NCBI GenBank assembly: GCA_965112155.1
Contig: OZ218103.1
Reading direction: 5' to 3' (one strand)
Source: Podarcis liolepis
Taxonomy: Eukaryota
DNA: 64,000 bases
Position numbers and translations under genes: made by a program. Below the pieces are notes generated by a model. That model saw only the letters and a list, made by a program, of their open reading frames with translations. It was not told the origin of the DNA and made no database searches. Below are positions 1 to 20,361 of the stretch, in pieces. How positions within the stretch are numbered: the stretch's first letter is position 1; each line of letters opens with the position of its first letter.

Positions 1-1149
1 CCCTCTGTTGAACTGCCTTGTTGTCTAACACTTCCTAATGTCAATGCTATTTTTTAAAAATAGATCAAAGGGTCACCCTACTTGCATTCTCTCTTTAGTT
101 ATTCTCCATGGGAGCCAATCTATCCTTTCTTCCCCAGTTCTGTGGCTCATTTGTTCTCTATCCTGCCCCATGATGCTCTGTTTCTGCAGCCTTGCTCTTT
201 CTTTTTCAGCTCCTTCCCACCTCTGTGTCTGTCTGTGTCTTTTTTCACATTGTCAGGCTCACAGGAGGATAGTTCTGCCTGGACCTTGCAAGTGGAACAT
301 TTGCATCCTGTGACTGTCCCATCATATTCTATTCATATATCCCGAAATACAGTTCCCATCATCATGTCATTGACTCATCTTCTTCCACTCTGCTTCCCAG
401 TCTGAGGTTGTGGGGTGATTTTCCCTTCCTGTCTGCAGTATGTGATACTGCTAACTTTTTCACAGCTGGTTTTCTTCCCCATGCATGTTCTTCATCCAGC
501 CCTTTAAAAGGAGAAAATGGTTTATGGATGAAAAAAGGCCCCTAGAGCCAAGAATGCTGTGGATGTGAAGGTACAGCATTCTTGCTTATCTAAGAATGAA
601 AGCTGCTGGGGATCCTTTTGGTATTGTTAATAACAATAATAACATTTATCAGTCACTTTATGCAATAAAAAGTCTCAAAGCAACTTGACAAATTAAATTA
701 CAACACCATTTAAAGCCAGAAAAGTTTAAAACAGCGAGAATGTATAGTACATAAAATGCACGTTCATCAACGAATTAATAAGGACCAAGTCCTACCCACC
801 CCACTAAAAGATGGGCACCACCATAGGAGGCAACATTAATTAACCAAAGGTCTTGGCTTGCTGCACCTAAAAATTGACAAAGATGGTGACAGGCACATCT
901 CCCTAAATAGAGCATTCCACAGGTGAGGCGGTTGGGAACATCACAGAAAAGAATGACTGATTATAAAAAGACTTCATGAATAACTTTGCTTATTTGGGTT
1001 GGTCGCGAGTAGTGTCACAGATGGATGTGCTTCAGACTGCAGCAGTTAGATAACATTTTTCATAGCAATGCCCATTAGGGCTGCCGCAAAGGGGCCGTGC
1101 CCTTCCAGTTAGCTGTGTGAACATGGGGATTTTATTTTTTATACATAAA

Positions 1150-2170
1150 CATAATATTTCAATGAATATTAAACTAAGAAAGATTTTCATTTATACGTAC
1201 AGAAAAAATGGGGCGGGGGCAGAAAAGCGTTTCCATTACTGCACACAGTAAAATCAGCAAATCTATAGACATAGATTCATTAAGCATTATATTAAATCAC
1301 CCTGCTCCATATTTATTTTAGGAATTGCAGTACATCATTTCTCCTGAAAGCCGACATTTTGGCTAGATAAGATGATTCCGAGACTGTCACTGATCCTTCC
1401 CTGATGATATAGATTGTCCTTCCCATTGTTTGGCATAAATCAACTTTGCAGCAACCAATAAATTTGAAATCAGCTCATGCAATCTTTCGCATATTCTTCT
1501 GTTACATAATTCAAAAGAGGGAGGATCAAATGGCAGCTACATTTCATTTTATCAGTCCCACTAGCATTTCCCAAATTCTCTAGTTCTTATACAATTCCAC
1601 TACCTGCAGAGAAAATGTTTTTCCCCCTGATGCTAAAAAGGTACCCAGTATCTGGTTTACACATTTCTGTGGCATAAGATGTCACTGAATTGCCATGTTA
1701 TAGCAGTTTCCCCTTAAATTCAAGCACAATGAAAACATTGACCTTTCCGTAAATAAAAATGTCTGCACTTCCACAGAATTTTTGTAAGTTTCTTGTTCAG
1801 TTTGTCATAAAAGAATTTGACCATATGCACTAATGGAAGATGAAACAAGGGTGGTTGGTGGTTTTTTTGACCGGAGTTCATAGCCATTATCTCTCTGAAC
1901 ATTGCATTTTCTTTTTGTAGAGTCAAATTATGAATATAGGGATAAAAGGCCATATTCTCTGCCTCCAAGATACCTGTGACTTCTTTATAGGCGATCATAG
2001 GAGATCTTCGTTACATTTTTCCAGTAAACTGAAACTTTCTAAATATTGATAAAGATCTAAATCACTTGTTACCCAAGCCAATGTGTTGTATCAGGAGCTG
2101 TTGTTTAGATTTTGAGGATAGACATAGACAAAGATACATTAATGATAGGTGGAATGGTTACATCTCTTGA
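1150..2170 (-). mobile_element. Degenerate LINE-1-like ORF2 3' remnant in ATP6V0B intron 1
   Basis: Minus-strand translation gives L1-type C-terminal peptides (ISNLLVAAKLIYAKQW at ~1423-1470) broken by stops and frameshifts. Boundaries are approximate. Confidence 0.55.
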
Positions 2171-2839
2171 GTTTTTCTATAACTGCCAATTGTGCCATTA
2201 GGAAGCTTCCATCATAGCTACACAGAACATCCTGCCCATACATTGGTGGCTGTTATCTTGCCTTTGGCTGAGCCTGGCTTCTGCACGGGCCTGGCAGAAG
2301 TCAAAAGTGATTGTTTGAGGTCCAAGGTGTTGTATTCCTATGTGGGTCAGTGCTGCAGCACTCAGAAGATAAAGAGTGAGGTAGCCAGTATGGTACCCCA
2401 AATGTTATTTTTGCACTACTGACTGGAGATGATGAGAACTGGAGTTGCACAGCATCTAGAGGATGCTCACATTGGCTACCCTGGAACAGAGGGGGGCAAG
2501 ACTTCCTGTTAGTGCTGAAAGGATTTTAAAAAGTGTGCTGGTAGGAAGCCTGTAGGATAGGAGTCCTTTTCTGTCTCTTATTTCTAGTATATAGTGACCT
2601 TTTGGGTCTTGTTAAACAGAGCACAACAGAAAGGAGTAAGTGATAGTTTCCCCATGAAAGAGGTGATTTGGAAAGGGGCAATTTGTGGTGTAAGCTGTAT
2701 GAAGACTATATAAACCCTTTCTGCTCTCGCTGGGGGGGGGGGGGTTCAGCACTGGTGGCAAGGTGTGAGCATCACAGATTGGGCTTTGAGGAGACCAAGG
2801 CAAAAAGTGGAATCATTCTGTGTTTCTCTTGTTTTTCAG

Positions 2840-8465
<5,626 letters not shown>

Positions 8466-8771
8466 GCCCTTTGCCACCAGCCTGTCTGCCAGCTGCAGAC
8501 TCTGTACATATTTATTTAATGTCTTCTGTTGGCTTGGGATGGAGCTTGGTGTATAAATTTATTCCCGTGATCTTTCCCTGCGAGGCCGTGGAAGAACCTG
8601 ACCAATTGATGTGTGTGTGAGAAAGAATCTGTCCTCCTTTCCTTCCATCCTTTCCTGCTCCACTTCCCCTGAAAGAAGGGGCTGGATGGACCTAGGAGAA
8701 GGAGCCTAGAGTCTTCCAGCCCTTGCACTCTTTGTGGCAACCACTGCCAACAGCAATGCCATGTTCTGTGA

Positions 8772-8777
8772 AATAAA
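8772..8777 (+). terminator. Poly(A) signal of ATP6V0B
   Basis: AATAAA about 310 nt after the stop codon, followed by GT/T-rich sequence. Confidence 0.7.
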
Positions 8778-11700
8778 CTCATCCGTGTCCCAAGTGGTTT
8801 CCCTTCCTTGTGCTGCTGTGCCCCTCCTGCTACCCCGGCTCCTGTTGCCTCTCACAGTCCACATTTTCTGGAACAGCCAGTGGTACTGGCTGAAGATTTG
8901 GCTCTGCGGGCTATGGGAGGTGCCCTCCTAGGCACATCTGTTCCATACTGAAGGGGTGCATAGGAGCTAAAAGTTGTGATTTTTTGAGTTCCCTGAAACT
9001 TCACAAATGATTGGTTAATTAAAATTAATTATGGGAAATGTCTTGTACTGTGATTAATAGTTGCTGTTTCTCTGTGGTGTGCCTGCTGTTCATCAAACTG
9101 CTCAATGCAGGGGTGGGCAAACTTCAGGCTTATCTGATTGTCTTTGTTTCTTTAACTGGAATCCAAAATCTACTAACCAGGGGCAAAATATAGATTATTA
9201 TTTTTTAGAAGGGGTTCCTCTGAGCCCATTTTGAATCCTAGGAATTGGTTTTCAGTACTAGAACGGAGCTTATAGTCCTTTTGCCCAAGTCCTCTCCTGC
9301 GTAACTTTTAACATTTCAGCGGCCAAATTTAGATGGGAAAGGTCATTTTGTTATTTCCTTTAGACAACTGATAGTTGAAAAGCCCTGCTGATTGATTGCA
9401 AATCACTCAGAGGTTTGATAGAGCCTGTGAGGTAGGTGCAAAGGCTGTGACTGGCCCAAGGTCACCCAGTGAGCTTCATGACTTGAGTGGGGATTTGAAC
9501 CCTGAAGTTTTAAAGTGTTGTAAACTTTAAGGGGTTTTTTCCTTTATAATGTGGTATAGAAATGAAATTAATCATCATCAACATCATCCCTGAGAAAGAA
9601 AATGAGACCTGGACATTCCATTGTGGCAGCCACAACCTAGGTTTAAATTACCATTTAGCAATTAGCTTATATATCTGAGTTTCTACACTGGACCCCCATG
9701 GATTGGAGGTTCCCTCTCCCAGGATAAAGAGTATTCCTGCTACCTCTTCCCAGGGGTGGGTAGTTTTGCAGTCCTAGGACCATGAAGCATATTAATTTAC
9801 AAAACTGTATTTGTATCCTATATTGGGAGTTGCCAAAGGTAGCTTTCAGTTAAAGCAAAACTTAGCTGAAAATTAGAAGCCAGAGAGTCACATTGCAGAA
9901 GGGGAAACACTTCTTATGGTAGGATGAATCTAAAGATCTTATAGCTTAAGCCCTGAGCAGGATTTGCCATCTGTAATCCAATCCCATGCCAGCCTTACCT
10001 GGTAACTGTAAGGGTGGGAGGAAAGAGCTGGATTCCAGGCAGCAACATTTGTTATTTTCCCTGCAAAGTTTAGATAGTCAAATGGGGGGTGGTGTGGTAT
10101 TGTGATATATTCTTATTTTAAGGAATATATAAAAAAAGAAAACTGATTCTGTTTGTTTGTTATTTCATTATTTACAGCAAGTCTTCACTGTTCTGATTGG
10201 CTCAGTGCTTTTGGAGAACAACAGAGCTGTGCTTATTTTTCTACAGGAACTTAAAAAATTATGTGGCAGGGTGTTTAGTGTCACCTTTTGGGTTCCTTGC
10301 TGGGACAGAGCCCCACCCCGGGAGATTTCCTGAAACACTTTTGACAACTGTATATTTAGCCTCTTTTCCACGTTTCCCACTACTCTGAGTAAAAACACTT
10401 GAATTTACATGTGTGAGCCATTCTGCTGTTTGTTCTGAAGGCAAAGATGTTCCTTTGGGACACTCTCGGCACTTCTCAATGACATAACTGGTGTTCATCT
10501 AAATAAAGCTTTTAAGAACATTGCTAGTGGGGCAAGATCTGACCCATATAAGCTAGAGCAGATGGGGTTGCATGTTCCCTTGCTCTCCATAATTTGATTG
10601 TCAAACTGTAGCTTTATCAGCATGTGGTTATAAAAGTCATCAAAGGATAGAGAACATCATCTTTATGTTGATGATACCCCGATGCTCTCTCATAGGCTGA
10701 CTGAAATGGATTCATTTAGTGTTTAAAAAATGATGTAGGTCAGGTGGTGGAAGAAGCCCTCCAGTAAATGGCTCTGTCAAGGACGTTTCCTTCAGTTCAG
10801 ATCTGTACATGTTTTGATAGCTAGATGTGATGGCTTGTGTAAATTTAGAGGACATAGAGCCTCAAATTTTAGTTCAGCTTGATAACTGACAAGCCTAACA
10901 TCTTGCTGTGGGGCAAAACGGATTTCAAAAGACAAACATTGTTTTGTCTAGTGCCACATACATTCTTTCCTGGTGATGTATTTACAAAATCTTTCCTATT
11001 TAAAACATATAGGACTATAACAATATGTCCAGAATAGCCTTAACACAAACTGGAGTTGCTATAGGTGGGGATGAGGGATTTATTTTCCTAACCTTTAAGC
11101 TGCGCTACAAGACTTACCTGCTTTTGAATGCAGCCCGGTGGTCCCTACACAACATTTCTTAAGCACTGAGATATGTATAACTTCAAGACCTCTTCAAGGT
11201 CTGCATCTCAGTTACTTGTGATGGCTTCGTTTGCCTGCAGTTCATACTCTTAATGTTCTTCTCTTAATGTTCTTCTCATTGTGATTGCAGCTCAGGGGGG
11301 GCTTTTCTTTACATAGATAATAACTCAAAATTTGACCTGTACACGTAACCTCAGGTCCTTGATTTTGCATACCCCACTTCTGTGTATTTAAATACCGTCA
11401 TTGGGTGAGCAGTCAGTATCACAAGATGAATCTTGATCCAAACAAAACACCTACATTCTGATTGTCATATGTGAAATCATAGTAACTGTCACTGTTCTAA
11501 GAAATGGGCTAGTTTGGCTTTATTCTCATTGGAAATATGCTGGAGAAGTTGTGAGGGTTCCTTCAGATCAGGACAGGTTGCTGTTCTGTGGCATGAGTAG
11601 GGCCTGCTACACTGTAGCTCCACATTTCCCCCCTCAAAACATGTTGTGGTTACTGCCTTGAGGTGGCTTATCTTGCAGAGGCATAACCCTGGCAAGCCCA

Positions 11701-14700
11701 TTGCTTTTTAGGAACCTTACACTGGCCTTGCGTGTTTCTGTGCTGCAGATAATTCTCTCTCTTTAATAAATGTGTGCCCTGCCCTGTCTGCTATGTGCCA
11801 GGCTGATGGTAATAAAAGCAGCTTAAAAGAAGAACATATTCCAACTAGCGAGCAATGGAAGTGGCAGCACAATCAAATGCTTGAAAATAAAAACAGCAGC
11901 AAACTACAAAACACTTCAACTGATATTTAAAAGGCTAGGAAAATAAAAGTCTAGGAAATTAAAAGGCTATGTGCGTCACATCAAAAAGGCATTGTAGTTA
12001 GCACTAGGTGTGCTTTCTTGGGAAAGCATTCCAGTGATGTGCTAAAATGGTGAAGGCCCTTTCTGTAGTCCCCACCTGCCGCCTGCTGTGTTTTTTCCTA
12101 CACTGAAATGGTGTTGCCTCCTAGCACTATGTTAGGAGCTGTTGTCCTCAGGAATCTTGCCACACCATTTTTCTGAGGGTGTTTCTTTCCTTAGTGCCAT
12201 GAACTCCTGTGTCTCATGTGGATGACCTCTGAGGCGGTGCAGACTGGGCCTGAGCCTACATAAGGAGTGAAAGTGAAGTCCTCCATTTTTCCTCTCTAGG
12301 AGGCTTAAGTACAATCACACTGCTTTCCTGGCTTAGTGTTGGCTCCCTGGGTGATTCTGCCACATCCCTGCAAATCTGCTGTAAGATGCAGAAAATCCAC
12401 TCACTTTGGATGTTTGTAGAGTGCCCGGCATAAGGAGCCAAGCTGGCTCATCAGACTAATGAGCTGGCAGGGATCCTTGTAGCATCGTGGGTGGGTGTTG
12501 TGGGGAGACTCTTCCAGGATATTTGTATCCTGCCTCCCACTTAATGAGCATGCAAGTTGCTGGGTGTGGTAGGAAGGTAAAGATTACCAGATCGAGGTAC
12601 TAGGCTGGCATGCAAAGCTGTAAAGAAGAGCTGGGGAGCTTGACAGCTCTCACACACAGAGAGAATAATAAACACATGAGCCCCGCAATATTGCACTGGG
12701 ACTGAAGGAGCTCAGATGTGCTTGGGCAAGAATGTTGGCATGGCTTGCAGAGTGCCTGGAAGCACTGAACTCATTAGGTTAGGTTACGTGATAGTTGGAG
12801 GGGAAGGCTGGGTGGGGCTGGGTGGCTGAGAGGGAGGAAAAACAAAAGAAGCTCTTTGTTCAGAACTTACAGGGTTCTCCAAATTCTAGTGAGGAACAGA
12901 CAATACTTCCTGATGATTCTTGAGGGTATTAAGGTGTGGAGATTTTGGAGGCTAGAGTTAATGGCACTGTCTTGGCAACAGCAGAATAGTCCTATTGGCA
13001 GAGGTTATAGTTCCCTGGAGGAAAACGTGTTTTGCATGCAGAATGCCCCAGGTTCAATTATTAGCATTTCCAACTGAAAAGATACCAAGTGGAGAAAAAG
13101 AAGAACCTTGGACTGCCACTGCTAAGATAGACAGCGCTGTCTATTGTGAGTTCTTCCCAAGGCCTACCTGTGTAGTTGCAAGAACAGCCATTCTGAAGTG
13201 TAACATACAAACAAGTGGCATTTATTTGCTTGTCACAGCTCAAAAATGTTCAGAGAGGGTGATGTTCCATCAGCCCTGCCATAGTTTACCCAAGTTAAAG
13301 TTCAATCCTATTTATTAAAGAAAAGGATACAGAGATGAAATAAAAAGAAATATGCATTTGTATTAAATATATGTAACTATGACAAGTTCATCGTTCAAAT
13401 TTCCTGGGCGCCTCACCACTGTTAACATGTAGCATGTCTGCCAAACCATATTCTCATTTAATGAGCTCCTTCTCTCCTAGAATGAAGAAGGCTCGGTTCA
13501 TTTCACAGTTACCTGGAAATGTATCCCAAAAGCATTCTATAGTACAGCTGGAAAGAGAAACTTTGGAATGAAGGAGCCACAAATTGAACTGAACTGGTGG
13601 GGTGGGGGGCGGCGGCAGACAGACAGACCAAGACAGAGAACATTTGAATGGTCCATGCCAGGTAGGAAGGTGACAGTGACCTAGCAGACACAGGTTGGAT
13701 AACAGTCTCCTAAACATATGGACATTTTGGGAAACCCTAAGCAAGTTAATACCTTGCTATAGCCAATGAGTTACATGTTATGTATGCTTTATTTTTATTT
13801 ATTTTGCATATTTTGATTACTGATGTAGTGCTGGAAATGAAGAGCCCAAATCTCTGGTGTTAGGCACATCTATACCCTACCAAATTCCATGGGTCTGATT
13901 ATGCACCGCCTTATCCAAGTGATAGCCCAAAGTTCTTACTAATACAGAGCTTGCTTCAGGGAGAGGCAACTGCCACTTGCTGGGTTCTGTTCTACTCCAG
14001 CATGCCTAGAAGTGTGACTTCTGTGTGCCGCTTCTGTGGGCAGCATTGGCATCACCCTATCATACCTTCGGCAGCCTGAATTTCCCTTGCATCTCCACTT
14101 CATTTCCAAGTTGCCTAACCAAGCACCAACATGGTGACAGCCACATTTTACATTTGTGGCTATATAACCCTGCTGAGAGGCGGGTCCTGTGAAGCCACAT
14201 TTAGTGGAAACATTCAGTTAACACTGTCCTGGGGCCTCAGCAGATGTGCTTATAAACTTGCCACCTGACCATTTATGTGCCAAATTCAGAGAAGAGTGGA
14301 GAGGCATCAGGAAATGGAAGGACCTTTGCCTTTGCTTTTGCAGTACCCTAGACTTGAAAGGAATCTTAAAAGTGAGATTTATTTATTTTTAATTCTAGAG
14401 AGCTGCAGATTGGAAGGAGGCCCAAACTTCCTTGTTTGTTGCATTTCACCAGTTGGGCTCAGGCTCCCTGATAGTTTTGGTTACCCTAAGTAACACCATA
14501 TTCTAGCTTAAAACATGGCGGGCAGGACTAGTAAGTGGCCTATGATGAACCACAGTGCCACAGAAAATGGGTCAGGGTGGCGAGCTCTGTGGAAGGGACA
14601 GATGGGCCACCACCCTATCTTGCATGTCAAAAACTCACAACCACAGAAAACATTAATTTTGGAATACCAACTAAATGCTCCTTTTTTTGATGTGGCAACC

Positions 14701-15219
14701 CAACTCCTCCTGTTCGGTGTACCTTTGTAAGAGTGGGGCCTAGATTTCTGCGTGCCTGGACCCTGCGTACCTGGGAGCCCTGCTGCTAAGTTCAAAAGTG
14801 AGAAAAAGGAGTGGGCTATTTAGAAGGGAGGGAGATGCATTCTGTATGCAGTCAAACCAGTTCCCTTGTTGCATCTTCACATGCTCCAGAGCCCACGACT
14901 GAAAACGTGTGTGTCCCATGGAGCTGAGCCCACAACGTTTAATATATGCGATTCTATTTATTTTTTTTGCAATATGGTGTGTACAGTTGACATTATGGGA
15001 AAATATCATGGCGACGAACAGCATAAAATCAACAATAACATGAGATTCACAAAACAAGTACGAAATACATCACAGATCGGCAGAGGAGGTCAATACATCG
15101 CCGGTTCACCCCTCAGGTGAGCATCATCACCACTGGGTGATGAGATTCATGCCTTGGCTGGAGTGCGTGTGTGATGAATGGGTACTCCCCACCCCACCCC
15201 CTAGGATCTTCTCCTCTGA

Positions 15220-16400
15220 TCGGGACTGAGAGCCGGCGAGGAACCTGTGATCTCCACCAATCCCGAAGACGCTCTCTCCGCGTTCCCTAATCTCCCACGT
15301 GACTTCTTGGAGAGCAGCCCCCCGTCCTGTTGCACTAAACGGGGCTGACGAGGGCGGCGGCGGCGGAGACAGCGGCCCGGGGAGCGGGCTGGCTGGGAAT
15401 GGCTGGCCGGAGCTGGCAGGGGCGGCGCTGAGCGCGCAGGAGGCGGAGCTGCCGGCGCGCCCAAGCAGGCCTGATCCGCTCCCCGGTGTGGGCGCCGCTC
15501 ATCGTCCTGACTGGGCTCCGCTGTGCTGCCCGGGATGGGGCGCAGGAGCCGCTGTTGCAGCTGGCCGGGCAGCCGCCCGCTCTGAGGCCGGGCCGGGCTG
15601 GGCTGGGGCCGGGGGAGCCGCCGCGCCGTCCCCTGAGCCGCCCGGCCCGGGCGCCGAGAGACAGCGGCACCACGAGCGCACGGCGCGGCCGGGAACGAGC
15701 AGGCGGTGAGCTGGAGCGAGCGGGGCCGAGCCGGGGAGGGAGTCCGCTGCTCGGGCGCGGGGAGCCCAGAGGGGCTGCACCCATCGCGGGCGGGCGGGTG
15801 GGTGGGCGAAGAGAGAGACCCTGCCTTTGCGGCCGCCAGCCTCCTTTTGTTGTGGAGAAGGGGCTGGGTGTGTTCCCAGCAGGTCTTCCTCACACGGCTC
15901 CTCTCGGCGCCTCCATCACCTGCACCCACCTCCGGGGTTCAGGGGCGCATCCCCAGGCGGGGCGCTTCCTCCGGCACCTCAGCCATGTTTCGTCTGATCA
16001 CCCACTCCTGGGCAAACTGGGCATTGTGTGGACCGATGGGCTTGGACATAGGTGTGTCGAGAGGCGCGGATGGATGCTCTCGCGTGTACCAGTTCTCGGT
16101 GGTGTGCAGCGTAGATGCGTGTCTCTAGATAACAGTTGTGCACGGATGTCTGTTTACAAGCAGGTGCGTGGGCGAGAGTAAAGGTGTGCCTCTGGCTGTC
16201 TGTCTGCGCGTATCTCTAGGATGCTGGCACTTGAGCCCCTCCCCCAGCCAGCCTCGCTCCCCCTCCCCCAAGATGGCTCCTGCACAATCCCCAAGGCGCT
16301 TCTTCGAGCAGAGAAAGGCTGGGGCTGTGTCTGGGCCGCCTGGGAATTGGGGAGGGGGGCGCTCTGGCACCTGCTGCACAAGCTTGTTCTCAGCCCCTCC
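15220..16400. promoter_or_regulatory. B4GALT2: CpG island, promoter and non-coding first exon of B4GALT2 (likely donor after 15705, GCG|GTGAG)
   Basis: Very high GC and CpG density with GC boxes. Consensus splice donor at 15706. The next acceptor is at 23273, just upstream of the ATG. Confidence 0.75.
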
Positions 16401-19400
16401 GCCTCTGGGCCGGCTCACTTTTGAGGTTCTTCTACCCGTTTGAGGTTCCTGACAAGACGGGGGATTTCCTGTTCCAGGCAGGGGGATCCGTGGAGAAACA
16501 ATGTAGCCTTTCTCTTAGGAAAAGGGAAGGGGCAGCTGCTTTTAGGAACGAGGGGCCTCACAGCCAAGGCAGCCCAGGCGGAAAATAATGGAGCTTGTAT
16601 ATGTTTACCAGGCTGTGTGCTCTGTGTGGAACAGAATGGCCTTGTTGCTGTCTTTTGGATCAGTTTTGCAAAAAAGAAGATGAGAGGAATAAACACACAC
16701 ACAACAGCAACCCTTGGCTGGCATCCACTTACCTTTCCCAGAGCTTCCCCATGGGCTTCTCTTCAGCCAACTGGTTTTGTTGCCCCTTGGGAGCCCATAT
16801 GGGACTAGGGGCTAGCACTATATATGGCCTAGAAATGTGTGTGCCTGGGAAGCAGGGGGCTCTGTGCTGCCTGTGCCTTCCTGCAGGCACCATTTACGAA
16901 TGTTTCACTTTCCTGTTTTCACAGATAGGTAGATAGGTAACTTTCCAAAACAGGTAACTGTTAGGGATGCTTATGCCAAGTCAGGTCAGCAAGGAACATT
17001 ATTGACCCGAGACTATGTTTTCTGACTCCAGTTAAAACCTGGATATTTTTTAATGCCCACAAATTGTATAAACATTGGTGTCTGCTCTCTGGTGATCATC
17101 AGGCAGAAGACAAGACTGAATTTCCAGATAAATTATTCACAGCCAAGGAGCAGCCCAGCTGCAGTCTGGCTCCATTAGTGGATTGTTAACACTGCAAAAG
17201 CCCATCTCTCCAGCTTTGCTAACTTGTATTTTGCACAGCTTGCCTGTACTCTGTTTGTACAATGGGATATCCAGCTACATACTTAATCGAGGGGAAAGGA
17301 ATGGAGAGACTCCTGTGAGGGAAAACACAGGCAGACCTGGGATGCCATCTCATTTAAGAGGCTGCTGTAGATAATATCCTAGGAATAAGATGGTGGCTAA
17401 TGGGTTCCTGCGATGTGTACTAGCTTCACAAATAGTCTTTCTTGCCCCAGAGATGAGCTGTCTCTGACACACGGGCCAAGTTGCCACTTAAGCAGTTTCT
17501 GACTTCTGCCTCTGTTTCTCATCCTCTTGTGTGAGAGGAGGCCAGGGGTTTTCTTGAATGCAGTGGATGTAGGTTGGCAAAGGAAGTATCTGAGGATGAA
17601 CTCGGGGACCAGCAAAGCTCCTGGGAGGAGATAATTATATTCCTTTGGCACCCACTCCACTAGCCAGAGTGCAGCAAAGCCATAATTTTGAAGGAATTAC
17701 ATGATGGACCACAACTTTACCAGGCCCAGCTAGCATGTGCCATCTAGGGCTGTTTGGGAGTTATAGTTCAAAACTTTGGAGGGTGCTATGTTGACAAGGG
17801 CTGCTTTAGGACAAGAGACATCTGGTTGACAGGTAAAACATAGTGGTTCTAGGATGCCAATGTGTATCTACATATTCTGTTTTGAGATATTTTGTTCCTT
17901 AAGAGGAGCCATTTTATTGTGAACAAGGATGTGTCTGGACTGGTTTTCTTAATCTTCAGGTTCCCAGTGGCAGACTTTGGATCCCCAAATTTCAGTGGCA
18001 CCCTGTGTGATGCTAAACTTTGGTGCCCCCCTCTCATGCTCCATTCTACATCACTGTTCTGGTGCCCCCCTGTGGTGCCAGTGCCTAATGCGGCCAAACT
18101 GGCTGCGCTACCTTAAAACTACCTCTGAGGTTCCCCACACCCTTCCATTTAAGCAAGGCCTTGTTATCTTCACCACGAATAGAGCAAACTCTGGTGAGGT
18201 TATTCATCCAGCAGACTCAGCAAGGCACTGGGATGCTGTCCTGGCACACATTCTGAGAAATGGCTACTTTTGAGATTCCAGCTCTGCAATGTGGTTGGAG
18301 TAGAGCAAGTGCACCTGGCCCATTGCGAACCGTTAGGAAGCTACATGGCCCTGAGACCAGTGTGATGTGCTCTGAAGCCCGCTTCTGCTTGGAGCATGAC
18401 CCATATACAGCAGTGGTGCTGGTGTCAGTTGGTTTGGCAAGGAAGCTGCAAATTTGTACGGGGCTTCATTCATTCCCTGAACCATCAGAATGCCCCTGGC
18501 TATGTTGTCTTCTGCTCTTGAGCTCTCCTTAGTGTATGCTTTGTTGGGTGTGCTGTAGTGGCAGGTGAGATGTGTGAATCTCTGGAATGGGAATTGTTGC
18601 TTCAGCTCAGATGTTTATATTGTTCCTCTCATTGCACTTTCCTCACTGTGTCCTGGAGCAAGTAAGTAGGGTGTTTGGGACATGCAAGGTTAAAATTAAA
18701 TGAGAGTGCCTTATAAATCCTTTTTCCACTCTGCTGCATTCACAATAAACATACTCAGGGGCATTACTAGGACCTTAAAATACTCGGGGCACATGCCCAT
18801 GATATATATTTGCATATGTTAATACGTTCATGTGTAGGTGTAAATTTAGGCTCCCTTTCAAAGGGAAAGCTAGCCTGCAAGCAAAATGGTTTTGGGAAAA
18901 AAAAGAGAGGGGGGCAAGAGATCTAGGACCTAGTGCAAAAGATCCAGGACTCAAGACTTCTGTTCTATCCCCCATATAATGTCCCAGCATGTATTTCAGA
19001 AGTTGTGAAAAGATGTGGTTTGTGTGCCAGGGTGAACACTGTCGTTTTAGTTCAACTCTTTTCAACCCCTAGCTCACAGCTGATATAAAAACTCCCTGCA
19101 CATAGAAATGTGGGTGTTTGGGATAAATCCATGCTTTCCCTGACATTTACATTACTTTGTGGGTGCATTTTTCCCCATGGGAAAGCATTCAACCTCGCTC
19201 CAAACCTTCAGGTTAGATGATAGATCTTTAGGAAGAGTGTTACAATTTGGTTGTGTGATCTAGACCTGGCTGAAGTGAAGATTCCTATCCGTTAGGGTTG
19301 CATCCAAAGCAGCATCAACAGAGTCCTGCTGGCAACAGTGGCGCTTCTGTTTCTTCTCCTACCCCTGGTGTTCCCCCAAAATTTTCTCCAGAGGGTTCCC

Positions 19401-19657
19401 CAATCCTCCAGAGCTGATTTTGAGAGTGTATGTGGAGCTGAATGGGAGAGGAGGTTCCATTCCATTAGCACAATGTCTTTTGTACCAGTGGAACAGGAGC
19501 ATTGAACACTGCCCACAGTCATTGTGAATTTGGAGGCAGAAGGAAGTAGTGATGATCAACTGATTGTTGTAAAATGAATACAGGAGTGTTTTCTTGTGCA
19601 TACATATTTTGGAAAGAGTGACTACTCCCACACCCACCACCAAAAATTTATTCTGAC

Positions 19658-19805
19658 AGCTCAATTAAAAGAGCATGAGACTCATAATCTCAGGGTCATG
19701 GTCAAGGGTTCAGGCCCCATGTTGGGTGAAAGATTCCATTGCAGGTGGTTGGACTAGAATAGATGATCTTCGTGGTCCCTTCCAACTCTACAATTCTATG
19801 ATTCT
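19658..19805 (+). mobile_element. tRNA-Lys-derived SINE with CR1-like 3' tail (Squam2-like)
   Basis: Degenerate tRNA-Lys(CTT) head (agagcatgagactc.taatctcagggtc...gttcaggccccatgttggg) joined to a CR1-type tail ggtcccttccaactctacaattctatgattct. Confidence 0.7.
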
Positions 19806-20226
19806 GCTATTCACTGCCTCCCCATGTAAGAAGGAGAGAGTTATTGGCTTCTTCCCTTTTTGTGAGGGTCATAGAACTCTATAGTGCAGTAGTAAGGCAG
19901 AAAGTCTGCTGTTTCAGTCACAAAGGATGAAAGAGAATTTATGGGATTAAGGTATGTGGGTGAATGTACTGAATATGCAGCTGTCTGACGTGCTAAATGC
20001 TTTGTGATTAGCCCAGCATTTGCCTGAATGAAACAGCTTATTATAACTTTCCTCTGTATTAAGCTGAGAGCCAGATGCTTTGTCCTGGTGCCTGAAGTAG
20101 TTACTTGAAAACTCCTATTTCCTTCCATCAATAGCAGCGAGTGCAGTGAAATGTTTGACTTTGGCATAAGGTAAGACTCCAAATAAATAAATCTATTGTT
20201 ATAGAGACTTTATTCTTCTTCTAACA

Positions 20227-20361
20227 CAGGGATGCAGAACCTCTGGCCCTCCAGATGTTTCTGAACTACCCATTAGCCCCAGCGCAGAAATGGACAGTGG
20301 ACAGGGATGATGGGTGTTGTATTTCAGCAACATCAGGAGGGCCAAAAGTTATCCACCCCTG
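20227..20361. mobile_element. Short hAT-type MITE
   Basis: CAGGG...CCCTG termini and an 8-bp target-site duplication TTCTAACA on both sides. Confidence 0.7.

Noticed and set aside
9000-15200. Hidden gene in the ATP6V0B-B4GALT2 intergenic region
   Set aside because: Only short unrelated ORFs, decayed repeat fragments and a 14-bp tandem duplication (11247-11274). No exon chain found.
15201-16181. Long overlapping ORFs on both strands (242, 231 and 149 aa)
   Set aside because: Low-complexity Ala/Arg/Pro/Gly translations caused by stop-codon scarcity in a CpG island. No recognisable domain.
19658-19730. Possible tRNA-Lys gene
   Set aside because: Degenerate stems, an insertion and a fused CR1 tail mark it as a SINE head. 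The same applies to the tRNA-like head at 25500.
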